Assembly (NCBI RefSeq): GCF_988242995.1
Contig: NZ_OZ547045.1
DNA length: 33,568 nucleotides
Origin: a plasmid
Reading direction: 5' to 3' (one strand)
Shown here: positions 9,712-17,337 of the stretch, one piece after another
Position numbering within the stretch: the first letter of the stretch is position 1
Layout: every line of letters starts with the position of its first letter
Notes under the pieces: generated by a model
What the model saw: the letters and a program-made list of their open reading frames with translations, nothing else
Databases searched by the model: none
What the model was told of the DNA's origin: nothing
Made by a program: the position numbers and the translations under genes

Positions 9712-10026
9712 ATGAAACTTAAAAGCATGATCTTTACCGCCGCTCTTTTACTGACAGGTTGCGCCAGTCAATCACAGGTTGAGCAGCTAACCAAGCAGGT
9801 GAACACGCTCAAAACAGATATGTATAACCTACAGATTCAACAGCGTAACGATACTAAGGCACTTCAGCGCGAGGTACAGAAATCTCGCCCAATCGGTGTT
9901 TGCTACCTTGACGGCCAGCCCTATTCACAGGGAGCGGTCATTGCTGGCCGCATTTGCGCCAGCAATGGCGTTATTGTCAACGACAGGCCCGCAGAAGTTT
10001 CATGGCAGGTTTATCACCGCCGCTAA
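9712..10026 (+). CDS. Hypothetical lipoprotein
   Basis: 104 aa, lipobox LTGC, abuts upstream gene. Confidence 0.55.
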   Translation: MKLKSMIFTAALLLTGCASQSQVEQLTKQVNTLKTDMYNLQIQQRNDTKALQREVQKSRPIGVCYLDGQPYSQGAVIAGRICASNGVIVNDRPAEVSWQVYHRR

Positions 10027-10071
10027 CAGCAAATCCGGGGCTTCGGCCCCGTTTTTTATGGTACAGGTAGC

Positions 10072-10725
10072 ATGGACATACTTTCTCTTTTCCCGTCTAA
10101 CCTCATCGCATTATGGGCCGTCTCATTCGGTTTTCTGGCCGTCCTGTATTGGTGGAAAGTCACCGGCAGAAAACGCAGACACAAGCGCAAACAGCAACAG
10201 GCCCGGCGTGTACTCGCAAAAATTCAGACTCTACCGGGGTTCGGCTACAAGATCGCGTATCTCAGAAAGATAGACCCTTTCACCTTTGAAGAATTATTAC
10301 TGGAGGGGTTTGAATCGCATGGCTTCAGAACTATCAGAAACAAGCGCTATACCGGCGATGGAGGCATTGACGGCCAGGTAATCATTGGAAAGGATCGCTA
10401 TCTCATCCAGGCCAAACGCTATGGCGGTCATATCGCTTTACAGCACGTTCAGGAGTTCGATAAGTTGCTTAAACGTCATAATTGTCGCGGTCTGTTTTGC
10501 CATACCGGAAAAACCGGCGCAGGTTCAAAATCAGTTAGCCTTGCCAGTGATCGGATGGAGATTATCAGCGGCCAGCGCCTTATTGATTTACTCACGCCCG
10601 GCAGCTCCTTCACCATCGCAACCGCACCGCAGACAATGATGAGGCGTACCGCAGCAACGCGAGGAACGAACACCATTGTCGAGGAAGCGGATAAAGAAAC
10701 AACCAACAGCATGAGAGTTAATTAA
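10072..10725 (+). CDS. Membrane-anchored Mrr-like (PD-(D/E)xK restriction-endonuclease-fold) protein
   Basis: 217 aa; N-terminal TM helix and poly-basic stretch, then GDGGIDG ... IQAKRY motifs characteristic of the Mrr catalytic domain. Confidence 0.7.
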   Translation: MDILSLFPSNLIALWAVSFGFLAVLYWWKVTGRKRRHKRKQQQARRVLAKIQTLPGFGYKIAYLRKIDPFTFEELLLEGFESHGFRTIRNKRYTGDGGIDGQVIIGKDRYLIQAKRYGGHIALQHVQEFDKLLKRHNCRGLFCHTGKTGAGSKSVSLASDRMEIISGQRLIDLLTPGSSFTIATAPQTMMRRTAATRGTNTIVEEADKETTNSMRVN

Positions 10726-11127
10726 ATGAAGTCTGTAACTATAGAAGCTAAAGCGTTTGCTGAAATGTTGGGAATAACAGAGGGTGAGTTAGTTATTGCT
10801 ATCAAGACAACTGGAAAATTTAAAAACAAGACTATTCCACAGCCTCATACTCCCCATAAATCGAAGAACAGATTTTTATATTCTGACGTGGTGAAGTTTA
10901 TGGAATCAATAAAGCAAAAAGAAAATCTACATAAAAGTTACTTGATGCGTTTTCGTCGGTGCAGGTCATTAGATACTCTTGAAAAGGTATTTGAAAGTTT
11001 GCGCGAAAAGTTAACGGGTAACGAACTGGACGCAATGATGAGCGCGTCAGACCATCGCAGAGCCGAAATTGCTCACAATACTTTATGGGATAAAGTCCCG
11101 GCATCTGCATGGAGAAATGTAAAATAA
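10726..11127 (+). CDS. Hypothetical protein with putative HTH, AT-rich, translationally coupled to the Mrr-like gene
   Basis: 133 aa; ATG overlaps the upstream stop (TAAATG); visibly lower GC than the neighbouring gene; followed by a terminator. Confidence 0.55.
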   Translation: MKSVTIEAKAFAEMLGITEGELVIAIKTTGKFKNKTIPQPHTPHKSKNRFLYSDVVKFMESIKQKENLHKSYLMRFRRCRSLDTLEKVFESLREKLTGNELDAMMSASDHRRAEIAHNTLWDKVPASAWRNVK

Positions 11128-11130
11128 ACA

Positions 11131-11156
11131 AGGCCCGGCACCGGGCTTTGTTTTTA
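11131..11156. terminator. Bidirectional rho-independent terminator
   Basis: GGCCCGGCACCGGGC hairpin flanked by A-run and T-run, between convergent genes. Confidence 0.7.
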
Positions 11157-11158
11157 GT

Positions 11159-11485
11159 CTATCCAATCAGCACTTTTATTTTAGCCCTAACCTCAGCTAA
11201 TACGACAGGAGGCACTTTTCCCTTTTTAACCGCGCCACGTTCCCGCCAATCAAGGCTTTTCACCTGGTCAGCCAGTACAGCGCTCCCCTCCCCGCTCATA
11301 ACCTCAAACGGATAACCTTTTATTTTTGTTGTCATAGGGCAGCACAGCAACAACCCTATTCTGCCGTTATATACCGCAGGGCTTAACACTAAGGCTGGTC
11401 TATGCCCCGCTTGTTCATGCCCTGCTTGCGGATTAAAATCCATCCATACAATATCACCGGCATCAGGAATATAGTCATTCGCCAT
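11159..11485 (-). CDS. mazF: MazF/PemK-family endoribonuclease toxin
   Basis: 108 aa; YIPDAGDIVWMDFNPQAGHEQAGHRPALVLSP ... LADQVKSLDWRERGA ... KVLIG closely resembles E. coli MazF (from memory). Confidence 0.9.
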   Translation of the reverse strand: MANDYIPDAGDIVWMDFNPQAGHEQAGHRPALVLSPAVYNGRIGLLLCCPMTTKIKGYPFEVMSGEGSAVLADQVKSLDWRERGAVKKGKVPPVVLAEVRAKIKVLIG

Positions 11486-11753
11486 TTTCTAACTTCTTCC
11501 TTCTATAGCCAACCCAGATAAACGTCAAAATGATAACGCCGCAAAGAATAAACATCAGTGCAACTGGAGTTGTATCGAGCACAGAAATAACTTGCTTACC
11601 ACCCTGATCGTCTAATGAAAAAGATTTATCATTAAACAACCTGTCTATACCCAACCATATTGAGTAAACGGCAATCCAAACCCATGCAACCTTACCGGCT
11701 ATATCCAGTAAAGCCACCACTCTTTTAAATATTTTTTTCATTGCAGGAGACAT
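11475..11753 (-). CDS. Hypothetical two-helix membrane protein inserted between mazE and mazF
   Basis: 92 aa; ATG 1 nt after mazE stop, stop overlapping mazF start by 11 nt; two hydrophobic segments. Confidence 0.5.
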   Translation of the reverse strand: MSPAMKKIFKRVVALLDIAGKVAWVWIAVYSIWLGIDRLFNDKSFSLDDQGGKQVISVLDTTPVALMFILCGVIILTFIWVGYRRKKLENGE

Positions 11754-11754
11754 A

Positions 11755-12000
11755 TTACAACACCTCTTTTCCTACTGGTGCGCCGAAAGAAATTTCCTCA
11801 TGAATATTCTCGTTAGTAACACAGGCCATCAAAGCATCCAGTGAATATTCCTTCGTTTTAACCGGCACAATAGTAATTTTCCCGTCCTCAACAGACAGCT
11901 CCACTACATCATTCACGCTTAAAGAAGCCTCCCGGATAATCGAAGAAGGGAGACGAACGGACGGGCTGTTACCCCATTTTTTAATAGTTACTTGAGTCAT
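11755..12000 (-). CDS. mazE: MazE/PemI-family antitoxin (AbrB-fold)
   Basis: 81 aa; KKWGNSPSVRLPSSI ... IHEEISFGAPVGKEVL parallels E. coli MazE (from memory). Confidence 0.9.
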   Translation of the reverse strand: MTQVTIKKWGNSPSVRLPSSIIREASLSVNDVVELSVEDGKITIVPVKTKEYSLDALMACVTNENIHEEISFGAPVGKEVL

Positions 12001-12030
12001 TACGCACCTCAGTTAAAAGCAGTTAGCCGG

Positions 12031-12237
12031 TTATCGGCTATTTAAGATGTACCAGGTTTCTTTAGCTTTAAAGAAAGCCCATACCCACGCCAGAGCTGAA
12101 GCTATACACAACGCCGTCATATTGACGAAGTTTCCCGGCGTGTATTCAGGGCCATGTAAAACAAGACCCGCCAGAGAAGCCAGGCTAATGACTATGAAAA
12201 TCAGTCCAAACATGATGTGAAAAATAAGCCAAAACAC
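12031..12237 (-). CDS. Hypothetical small membrane protein upstream of mazE
   Basis: 68 aa, two hydrophobic helices; start codon uncertain. Confidence 0.4.
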   Translation of the reverse strand: MFWLIFHIMFGLIFIVISLASLAGLVLHGPEYTPGNFVNMTALCIASALAWVWAFFKAKETWYILNSR

Positions 12238-12249
12238 TCACCACCTCCC

Positions 12250-12313
12250 GTATCAACCTTGTTGATACATTAACGCTACACTCTGTAGATTGACGTGTCA
12301 ACATTGTTGATAC
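12250..12313. promoter_or_regulatory. Cluster of palindromes in the divergent TA-operon / resolvase control region
   Basis: GTATCAACcttGTTGATAC (12250..12268), TTGACGTGTCAA (12290..12301), GTCAACattGTTGATAC (12297..12313). Confidence 0.5.
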
Positions 12314-12336
12314 AGGTAGTGTCTCATAAACGATGA

Positions 12337-12441
12337 GTTTTGTTACACCGCTCCCGACCTATCCAAAAGCATCAAAATGTATGTTGCCAGTGTAACAAAA
12401 CTCGTTACAATAGTATGTGTAACAAAAACGGTGTAACAAAA
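12337..12441. promoter_or_regulatory. Putative res (resolution) site: repeated TGTAACAAAA half-sites just upstream of the resolvase gene
   Basis: TGTAACAAAA at 12391, 12418 and 12432, inverted TTTTGTTACA at 12337; position matches res of serine resolvases. Confidence 0.5.
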
Positions 12442-12451
12442 AGCAGGACAT

Positions 12452-13036
12452 ATGAAGATAGGCTACGCCAGAAAGTCAACTAAAGAGCAAGACACATCGC
12501 TTGAGTACCAGATTGAGGCTTTACAAAAAGCCGGGTGCGAAAAGTGGTATGCGGAGCAGGTATCGAGAAGCGGTAGTAAACGGCTTAAAGCAGGTACACC
12601 AGAGTTAGAAAATTGCATCAAAGCGCTTCGCCCTGGTGACACGCTGGTTGTGTGGGCGCTAGATCGGTTGGGCGGGACTCTATTACAGCTTTTGCAGCTT
12701 ATGAATGAGCTACGCAACAAAGGCATTCATTTTGAAAGTATTAAAGAACATATCGACACACAAAGTCCAATGGGTGAAATGTACTATTCGCTCATAGCTA
12801 TTTTTTCCAATTTCGAGGTAGCCAGAAACCACGAAAGGACAATGGCCGGGCTTGCGGCTGCAAAGAAGAAAGGGCGCATTGGTGGCAGAAAACCAAAGCT
12901 ATCACCACAAGACATAAAAGAAATTAACGCGCTTGTTAAATCGCCAGAAGTTACGGTAAAAGAGATCGCGGCTCGTTTTAACGTGTCACGGCCAACGATT
13001 TACAGACACATTACCCCCGATAGTAATACTGATTAA
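12452..13036 (+). CDS. Serine recombinase of the resolvase/invertase family (plasmid multimer resolution)
   Basis: 194 aa; N-terminal GYARKSTKEQ with catalytic Ser, C-terminal HTH (VSRPTIYRHI). Confidence 0.9.
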   Translation: MKIGYARKSTKEQDTSLEYQIEALQKAGCEKWYAEQVSRSGSKRLKAGTPELENCIKALRPGDTLVVWALDRLGGTLLQLLQLMNELRNKGIHFESIKEHIDTQSPMGEMYYSLIAIFSNFEVARNHERTMAGLAAAKKKGRIGGRKPKLSPQDIKEINALVKSPEVTVKEIAARFNVSRPTIYRHITPDSNTD

Positions 13037-13068
13037 CCGGCGGCAAACGGTAGCGAAGGAGCTAAACA

Positions 13069-13953
13069 GTGACAGATAAATCAGTACCAGCGAAGCAGAT
13101 AAAAACGGTAAACACCGGAATCGCGATTAAAGAGAATCCCCCCAAAGGGGATGATATGGCATTCACCCATTCGATATTGTGTCAAGTTGGCCTCCCCCGC
13201 TCTAAAGTGGATGGCCGGGAGTTCATGAGAAAATCAGGCGATGCCTGGCTAGTTGTCCAGGCCGGCTGGCTTGATGAAGGAAGCGGCCCGGTAGAACAAC
13301 CGATCCCCTACGGCTCAATGCCCCGTTTAGCGCTCGCCTGGGTATCGTCGTATGCACTCCGCAAAAAGACCCGCGAAATACCGATCGGTAAGAGTGCTAA
13401 TGAGTTCCTGCAATTAATGGGTTTATCAGGCGGCGGCAGACAATACAAAACACTACGCGAACAAATGCACGCGCTGGCAGCTTGCCGGTTGCAGTTAGGT
13501 TTTAAAGGTCGTTCTTTCAACGGCCAGCCTGTAGAGCAATTCGATGCCTGGCAGAAAGACGACCAAAGCGGCCAGCTAAGTTTATGGCCGGGCGTAATGA
13601 CCCTTTCAGAAGGGTACTTTAATGGGCTGATTGATAGCGCCGTTCCTCTCGATAACCGCGCTCTGTACGCGCTAAAGGGTTCGGCATTGTCGTTAGATGT
13701 TTATACGTGGCTTGCGCATCGTCTACACCGCATCCAGGGCCGACCGATTAAACTTCACTGGATGAATTTACGGGAGCAGTTTGCGCAAGAGTATATGGGT
13801 AAAGACCCTGACAAAGATTTTAAGAAGAAATTTCTTCCAGCTCTGCGCGACGTACTGACTGTATACCCACAGGCGAAGGTGGATAAAGTCACCGGAGGGA
13901 TATTACTGTATCCGTCTCCCCCACCTATCCCGTTCAAGGAAGGAAAAAAATAG
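13069..13953 (+). CDS. repA: Putative replication initiator (RepA-like)
   Basis: 294 aa; immediately upstream of the iteron array and DnaA boxes, downstream of resolvase. Assignment is mainly by context. Confidence 0.65.
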   Translation: MTDKSVPAKQIKTVNTGIAIKENPPKGDDMAFTHSILCQVGLPRSKVDGREFMRKSGDAWLVVQAGWLDEGSGPVEQPIPYGSMPRLALAWVSSYALRKKTREIPIGKSANEFLQLMGLSGGGRQYKTLREQMHALAACRLQLGFKGRSFNGQPVEQFDAWQKDDQSGQLSLWPGVMTLSEGYFNGLIDSAVPLDNRALYALKGSALSLDVYTWLAHRLHRIQGRPIKLHWMNLREQFAQEYMGKDPDKDFKKKFLPALRDVLTVYPQAKVDKVTGGILLYPSPPPIPFKEGKK

Positions 13954-13975
13954 GCCCATACGGGCCTTTTTTTTA
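13951..13975 (+). terminator. Rho-independent terminator after repA
   Basis: GGCCCATACGGGCC hairpin followed by T8. Confidence 0.75.
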
Positions 13976-14056
13976 TTCACAGCAATTCCACTGCGATTTT
14001 CTGACCAGATCGGGGTAATGTGAACAAACCTGTAAAAAACCTGTTGAAACATGAAG

Positions 14057-14370
14057 TTATCCACGTACATCCGACCCCCCTGATTACCGTACATCCGACC
14101 CCCCTTGTCGTACATCCGACCCCCTAGCTTTGTACATCCGACCCCCTAAGTCGTACATCCGACCCCCTTTTTTTGTACATCCGACCCCCTATTTTTTGTA
14201 CATTAGACCCCCTGAAAATACGTACATCAGACCCCCCCTAAACCTATAAGGTGATCTCCTGTAGGTTTCCTGTAGTTTGACCGATAGCACTTAACCTATA
14301 AATTTTGCTTCTAAGAGATCAGCCTGTATGAATGCCCTCCGATAATTTATTCAATAAAATCAGTGGATAA
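14057..14370. other. oriV: DnaA-box-like sites flanking the iterons plus an AT-rich stretch
   Basis: TTATCCACG at 14057..14065; AGTGGATAA at 14362..14370; AT-rich 14280..14400. Confidence 0.7.
14065..14240. repeat. Iteron array: 8 direct repeats of GTACATCCGACCCCC at 21-24 bp spacing (last two degenerate)
   Basis: Repeat units begin near 14065, 14089, 14110, 14132, 14153, 14175, 14198 and 14222. Confidence 0.85.
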
Positions 14371-14713
14371 AATAATAAATCGAATAATTTAAGTTCAGTG
14401 TGTACGTGCCAATATCAGCAGCGGGAGCCTTTGCGCTTCCTCGCTTTTGTTGTTCGTTCCTCGCGTTGCTGCGGTACGCCTCAACAAAAGACTGCGGCGA
14501 GCGCTGCGATCTCTCAGGTAACAGATTGGGATTTAGTGCAAAGGGGGGAGGTAAAAAAGAGTGAGGCCCATCACCGGCAAGTAATGGGCCTCTGTCTTTC
14601 CTGCGAAGGAGCAGATTAGACGTTGTAAGAAGTATAGACGAAAGCAGTGTGGTATTGAAAGGGGATTCAGAGCGCCCTATATTTAATCATCAATACATCA
14701 ATTTTGGTGACTT

Positions 14714-15133
14714 ATGAAAAAAACGCTATTGAGCCTAACCCTGTTAGCTACCACCTGTCAGGCAAGCGCCCAGCCTTGCACAGTGATCTTTGAAAATGGT
14801 CAGTTAATTACGTTACCGGCGGCTGTCACTCAGGCAGACCAGGTGAAAGGGCTATCTGGTGATAATCACAACACCGGCTTAATCCTGGCATGGAACACAG
14901 CAGAACCCCGCGCAGTCTGGATGAAAAACACACCGAATCCACTTACAGCGGCGTTTATCAGTGCAAATGGCGTAATCCAGAGCGTTCAGGATATGCAGCC
15001 CAACAGCGACACCGCGCATTCATCCCTCCACCCGACCATAGCAATCATTGAGATGAGGACGGAAAAATTTAAACAGTTCAAATTATCAAAAGGCGACAAA
15101 GTCATTTCCAGCCAATGTTTCCCCCTCAAATAA
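14714..15133 (+). CDS. Hypothetical secreted protein
   Basis: 139 aa, signal peptide with ASA cleavage motif; no family recognised. Confidence 0.5.
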   Translation: MKKTLLSLTLLATTCQASAQPCTVIFENGQLITLPAAVTQADQVKGLSGDNHNTGLILAWNTAEPRAVWMKNTPNPLTAAFISANGVIQSVQDMQPNSDTAHSSLHPTIAIIEMRTEKFKQFKLSKGDKVISSQCFPLK

Positions 15134-15245
15134 CGCCTCAGAACCCCGTAGAGCCATTCAATCAGAAAAAAGCGGCCTCATGTACAGCTCAACCAAAATA
15201 GCCGCTTACAGAGCCATACAGCGCGTATATAACCAATATCGCCCG

Positions 15246-15690
15246 GCGGCACCGGCGCTAACGTGCCTGTAGGGGCGCTGGCCGCGCTGCGGCCATCCCC
15301 CCAACACCCGGATAAATCGCGCCCGGCCCGTCGCTACGCGCCAGCCCGCCCGCTCAACCGGGCCGTTGTGACGGGCCACTGTTCCGGCAGCGGCATCGTG
15401 TGACAGCCCGCTAAAACCGGCTTTGCAGGGAGGGGGTGGGCGCGTCTCCCGGTTTGATCCCGCAAGGCCCGGCAATTTGACCACGTCGCCCAGGTTGAGA
15501 TCGGCGCAGTTGCCTTTTATTTGTCGGCATCGGCGCTAAATTTAAGTAAATTTATCGTACTATATAATGATACTTAAAGTTGACTTTTGAGGGGGAAAAG
15601 CCTATACTTTATTTACGGTTAGCAATGGTGCTGACCGACCCGGAACCAGTGGCGGCAACCGCTCCGGGGAACTTGCGAAGGGGGCAAGAA
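15246..15690. repeat. CUP-like GC-rich repeat, copy A (5'-truncated; lacks the first ~198 bp of copies B and C)
   Basis: Near-identical to 18515..18959 and 20672..21113. Confidence 0.85.
15580..15636 (+). promoter_or_regulatory. Cassette promoter P1 (TTGACT-17-TATACT) with leader hairpin GGTTAGCAATGGTGCTGACC
   Basis: -35 at 15580..15585, -10 at 15603..15608, inverted repeat at 15617..15636. Confidence 0.7.
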
Positions 15691-15960
15691 ATGAATTTAA
15701 CCACACTGCTTAAAAAGCATTTTGATATTGAGGAATGTACAGATGTAGACCCTATGGTAAACCGGGAGGTTTACGCCATATGGGTTTATGAAAAAGGCGA
15801 GGATTGCGAGCCGCTTTTAATCCTCAAAGATGCTCAGGATGTTATGGGCGTAGACGGCTGGCTTGTCGGGAATATCTATTCCACGTTGCAACATGGCTTA
15901 TTGCTTCAGCATGAAGAACTGAAAATGATGATCCGAAACGGCGAGATTAAGAGCCGTTAA
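15691..15960 (+). CDS. Hypothetical small protein (first gene after cassette P1)
   Basis: 89 aa; ATG 10 nt after the conserved CTGCGAAGG leader end; ORF track shows a longer frame whose upstream part lies in the repeat. Confidence 0.6.
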   Translation: MNLTTLLKKHFDIEECTDVDPMVNREVYAIWVYEKGEDCEPLLILKDAQDVMGVDGWLVGNIYSTLQHGLLLQHEELKMMIRNGEIKSR

Positions 15961-15970
15961 ATGTTTATGC

Positions 15971-16048
15971 GGTCGGCAATGGTGCCGACCGGCCCGGAAT
16001 CAGCGGCGGCAACCGCTCCGGGCAAACTGCGAAGGTACAGAGGCTAAT
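15971..16048 (+). promoter_or_regulatory. Promoter-less copy of the cassette leader (both hairpins plus RBS) in the intercistronic gap
   Basis: GGTCGGCAATGGTGCCGACC (15971..15990), CCCGGAATCAGCGGCGGCAACCGCTCCGGG (15993..16022), CTGCGAAGG, then ATG 16049. Confidence 0.6.
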
Positions 16049-16264
16049 ATGTCAGTAAAAGATTTCTCCCCTACCCTGGAAATTAAATTCCATCGTCGCC
16101 GCTGGCGTATCATGGCTGGATGCTCAAGCCTGGCGTCGTTCCGCTCCGAGCAGGACGCGATTGATGCGCTCAATAAGCGGCGCTCATTCTATGAATATTG
16201 GGCCGGTTCTGCCGGTGTCCAGGCAGAGAACACCGAGCCGGTGATAGTCCACATAACCTATTGA
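16049..16264 (+). CDS. Hypothetical small protein
   Basis: 71 aa; preceded by the leader-only cassette. Confidence 0.55.
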   Translation: MSVKDFSPTLEIKFHRRRWRIMAGCSSLASFRSEQDAIDALNKRRSFYEYWAGSAGVQAENTEPVIVHITY

Positions 16265-16341
16265 ACACTTTTAAAGCCCGTAAACCGGGCTTTTTTAGTC
16301 TTTAAAGTACAATTAAAAGTAAAAAATAATGATACCAATAG

Positions 16342-16399
16342 TTGACTTATGGAGGGTGAACACCTATACTTTATTCATCGGTTAGCAATAGTGCTGACC
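16342..16399 (+). promoter_or_regulatory. Cassette promoter P2 (TTGACT-17-TATACT) with leader hairpin
   Basis: -35 at 16342..16347, -10 at 16365..16370, GGTTAGCAATAGTGCTGACC at 16380..16399. Confidence 0.7.
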
Positions 16400-16453
16400 G
16401 GCCCGGAACCAGCGGCGGCAACCGCTCCGGGCAAACTGCGAAGGAGTAATATT

Positions 16454-17281
16454 ATGTTATCTAGCCGTTTTCGTTCTGCAAATATCCTGCGTTCTGACCG
16501 CCCTCTTAACGATGATCAAATCATGCGTTATGCCCCGTCTATCTTTGCAACTGAAGCGCATGAAAGCCGCTCTGACCGGTACGCTTACATTGCGACCAGC
16601 GAAGTGTTAAACGGTTTGCGTGATAACGGTTTTCATCCGTTTATGGTTTGTCAGACTCGCGTTCGCAACCTGGATAAGCGCGAACACACCAAGCACATGA
16701 TCCGTCTGCGTCATGCCGGGCAAATTAACGGTACAGAAGCGAAGGAAATCATTTTGCTTAACTCGCACGATGGCAGCAGCAGCTATCAAATGCTGGCCGG
16801 TGTATTCCGTTTCGTTTGCCATAACGGTTTAGTGTGTGGTGATACGGTAGCGGATATTCGTATTCCCCATAAAGGCGATGTTACCGAGCGCGTTATTGAA
16901 GGGGCATTTGAGGTGCTGGATCAGTTTGATATGGTTGAAAGCCATATGGAATCTATGAAGTCTGTAACGCTGGATGCGCTGGAGAAGCGTATTTTTGCAG
17001 AAGCGGCGTTAGCACTGCGTTATGACGAACAAAAAGACGGCCCCGCACCAATCGCCGCTAGCCAGCTCCTTGAGGCGCGCCGTTTTGAAGATCGCAAAGA
17101 TGATTTATGGACAACGTTTAACCGCGTACAGGAAAACATTATCCGTGGTGGTTTGAGCGCCAGAACCAAACAGGGGAAATCAACCCGTACCCGCGCCGTA
17201 ACTGGTATGGATAAAGATACGTCTTTAAACCGCGCTTTATGGATTCTCAGCGAGCGCATGAATGAAATTAAAGCCGCTTAA
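16454..17281 (+). CDS. Conserved plasmid leading-region protein, possibly DUF932-type (family name uncertain)
   Basis: 275 aa; ATG after the conserved leader; located immediately upstream of ssb. Confidence 0.6.
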   Translation: MLSSRFRSANILRSDRPLNDDQIMRYAPSIFATEAHESRSDRYAYIATSEVLNGLRDNGFHPFMVCQTRVRNLDKREHTKHMIRLRHAGQINGTEAKEIILLNSHDGSSSYQMLAGVFRFVCHNGLVCGDTVADIRIPHKGDVTERVIEGAFEVLDQFDMVESHMESMKSVTLDALEKRIFAEAALALRYDEQKDGPAPIAASQLLEARRFEDRKDDLWTTFNRVQENIIRGGLSARTKQGKSTRTRAVTGMDKDTSLNRALWILSERMNEIKAA

Positions 17282-17289
17282 TGGCAAAT

Positions 17290-17315
17290 GCCCCGCTTAC
17301 CGGCGGGGCTTTTAT
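17290..17315 (+). terminator. Intrinsic terminator / attenuator between the upstream gene and ssb
   Basis: GCCCCGCttaccgGCGGGGC hairpin followed by TTTTAT. Confidence 0.55.
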
Positions 17316-17337
17316 CAACCCGAAAAAGGTGATTATC

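Noticed and set aside
14065-14240. Possible CRISPR array (regular short direct repeats), also considered for the oriT 11-bp repeats
   Set aside because: Repeat units are 15-16 bp with 6-8 bp spacers (iterons) or 11-bp tandem units (oriT), far shorter than CRISPR repeat-spacer units; no cas genes; context fits oriV and oriT.
15206-15484. Minus-strand 92-94-aa ORFs repeated three times (also 18469..18753 and 20625..20909), plus plus-strand ORFs 18460..18672 and 20616..20828
   Set aside because: They lie entirely inside the GC-rich repeat bodies and are repeated only because the DNA is. Their Pro/Gly/Arg/Ala-rich translations are typical of open frames in high-GC non-coding DNA, and they have no RBS or sensible start context.
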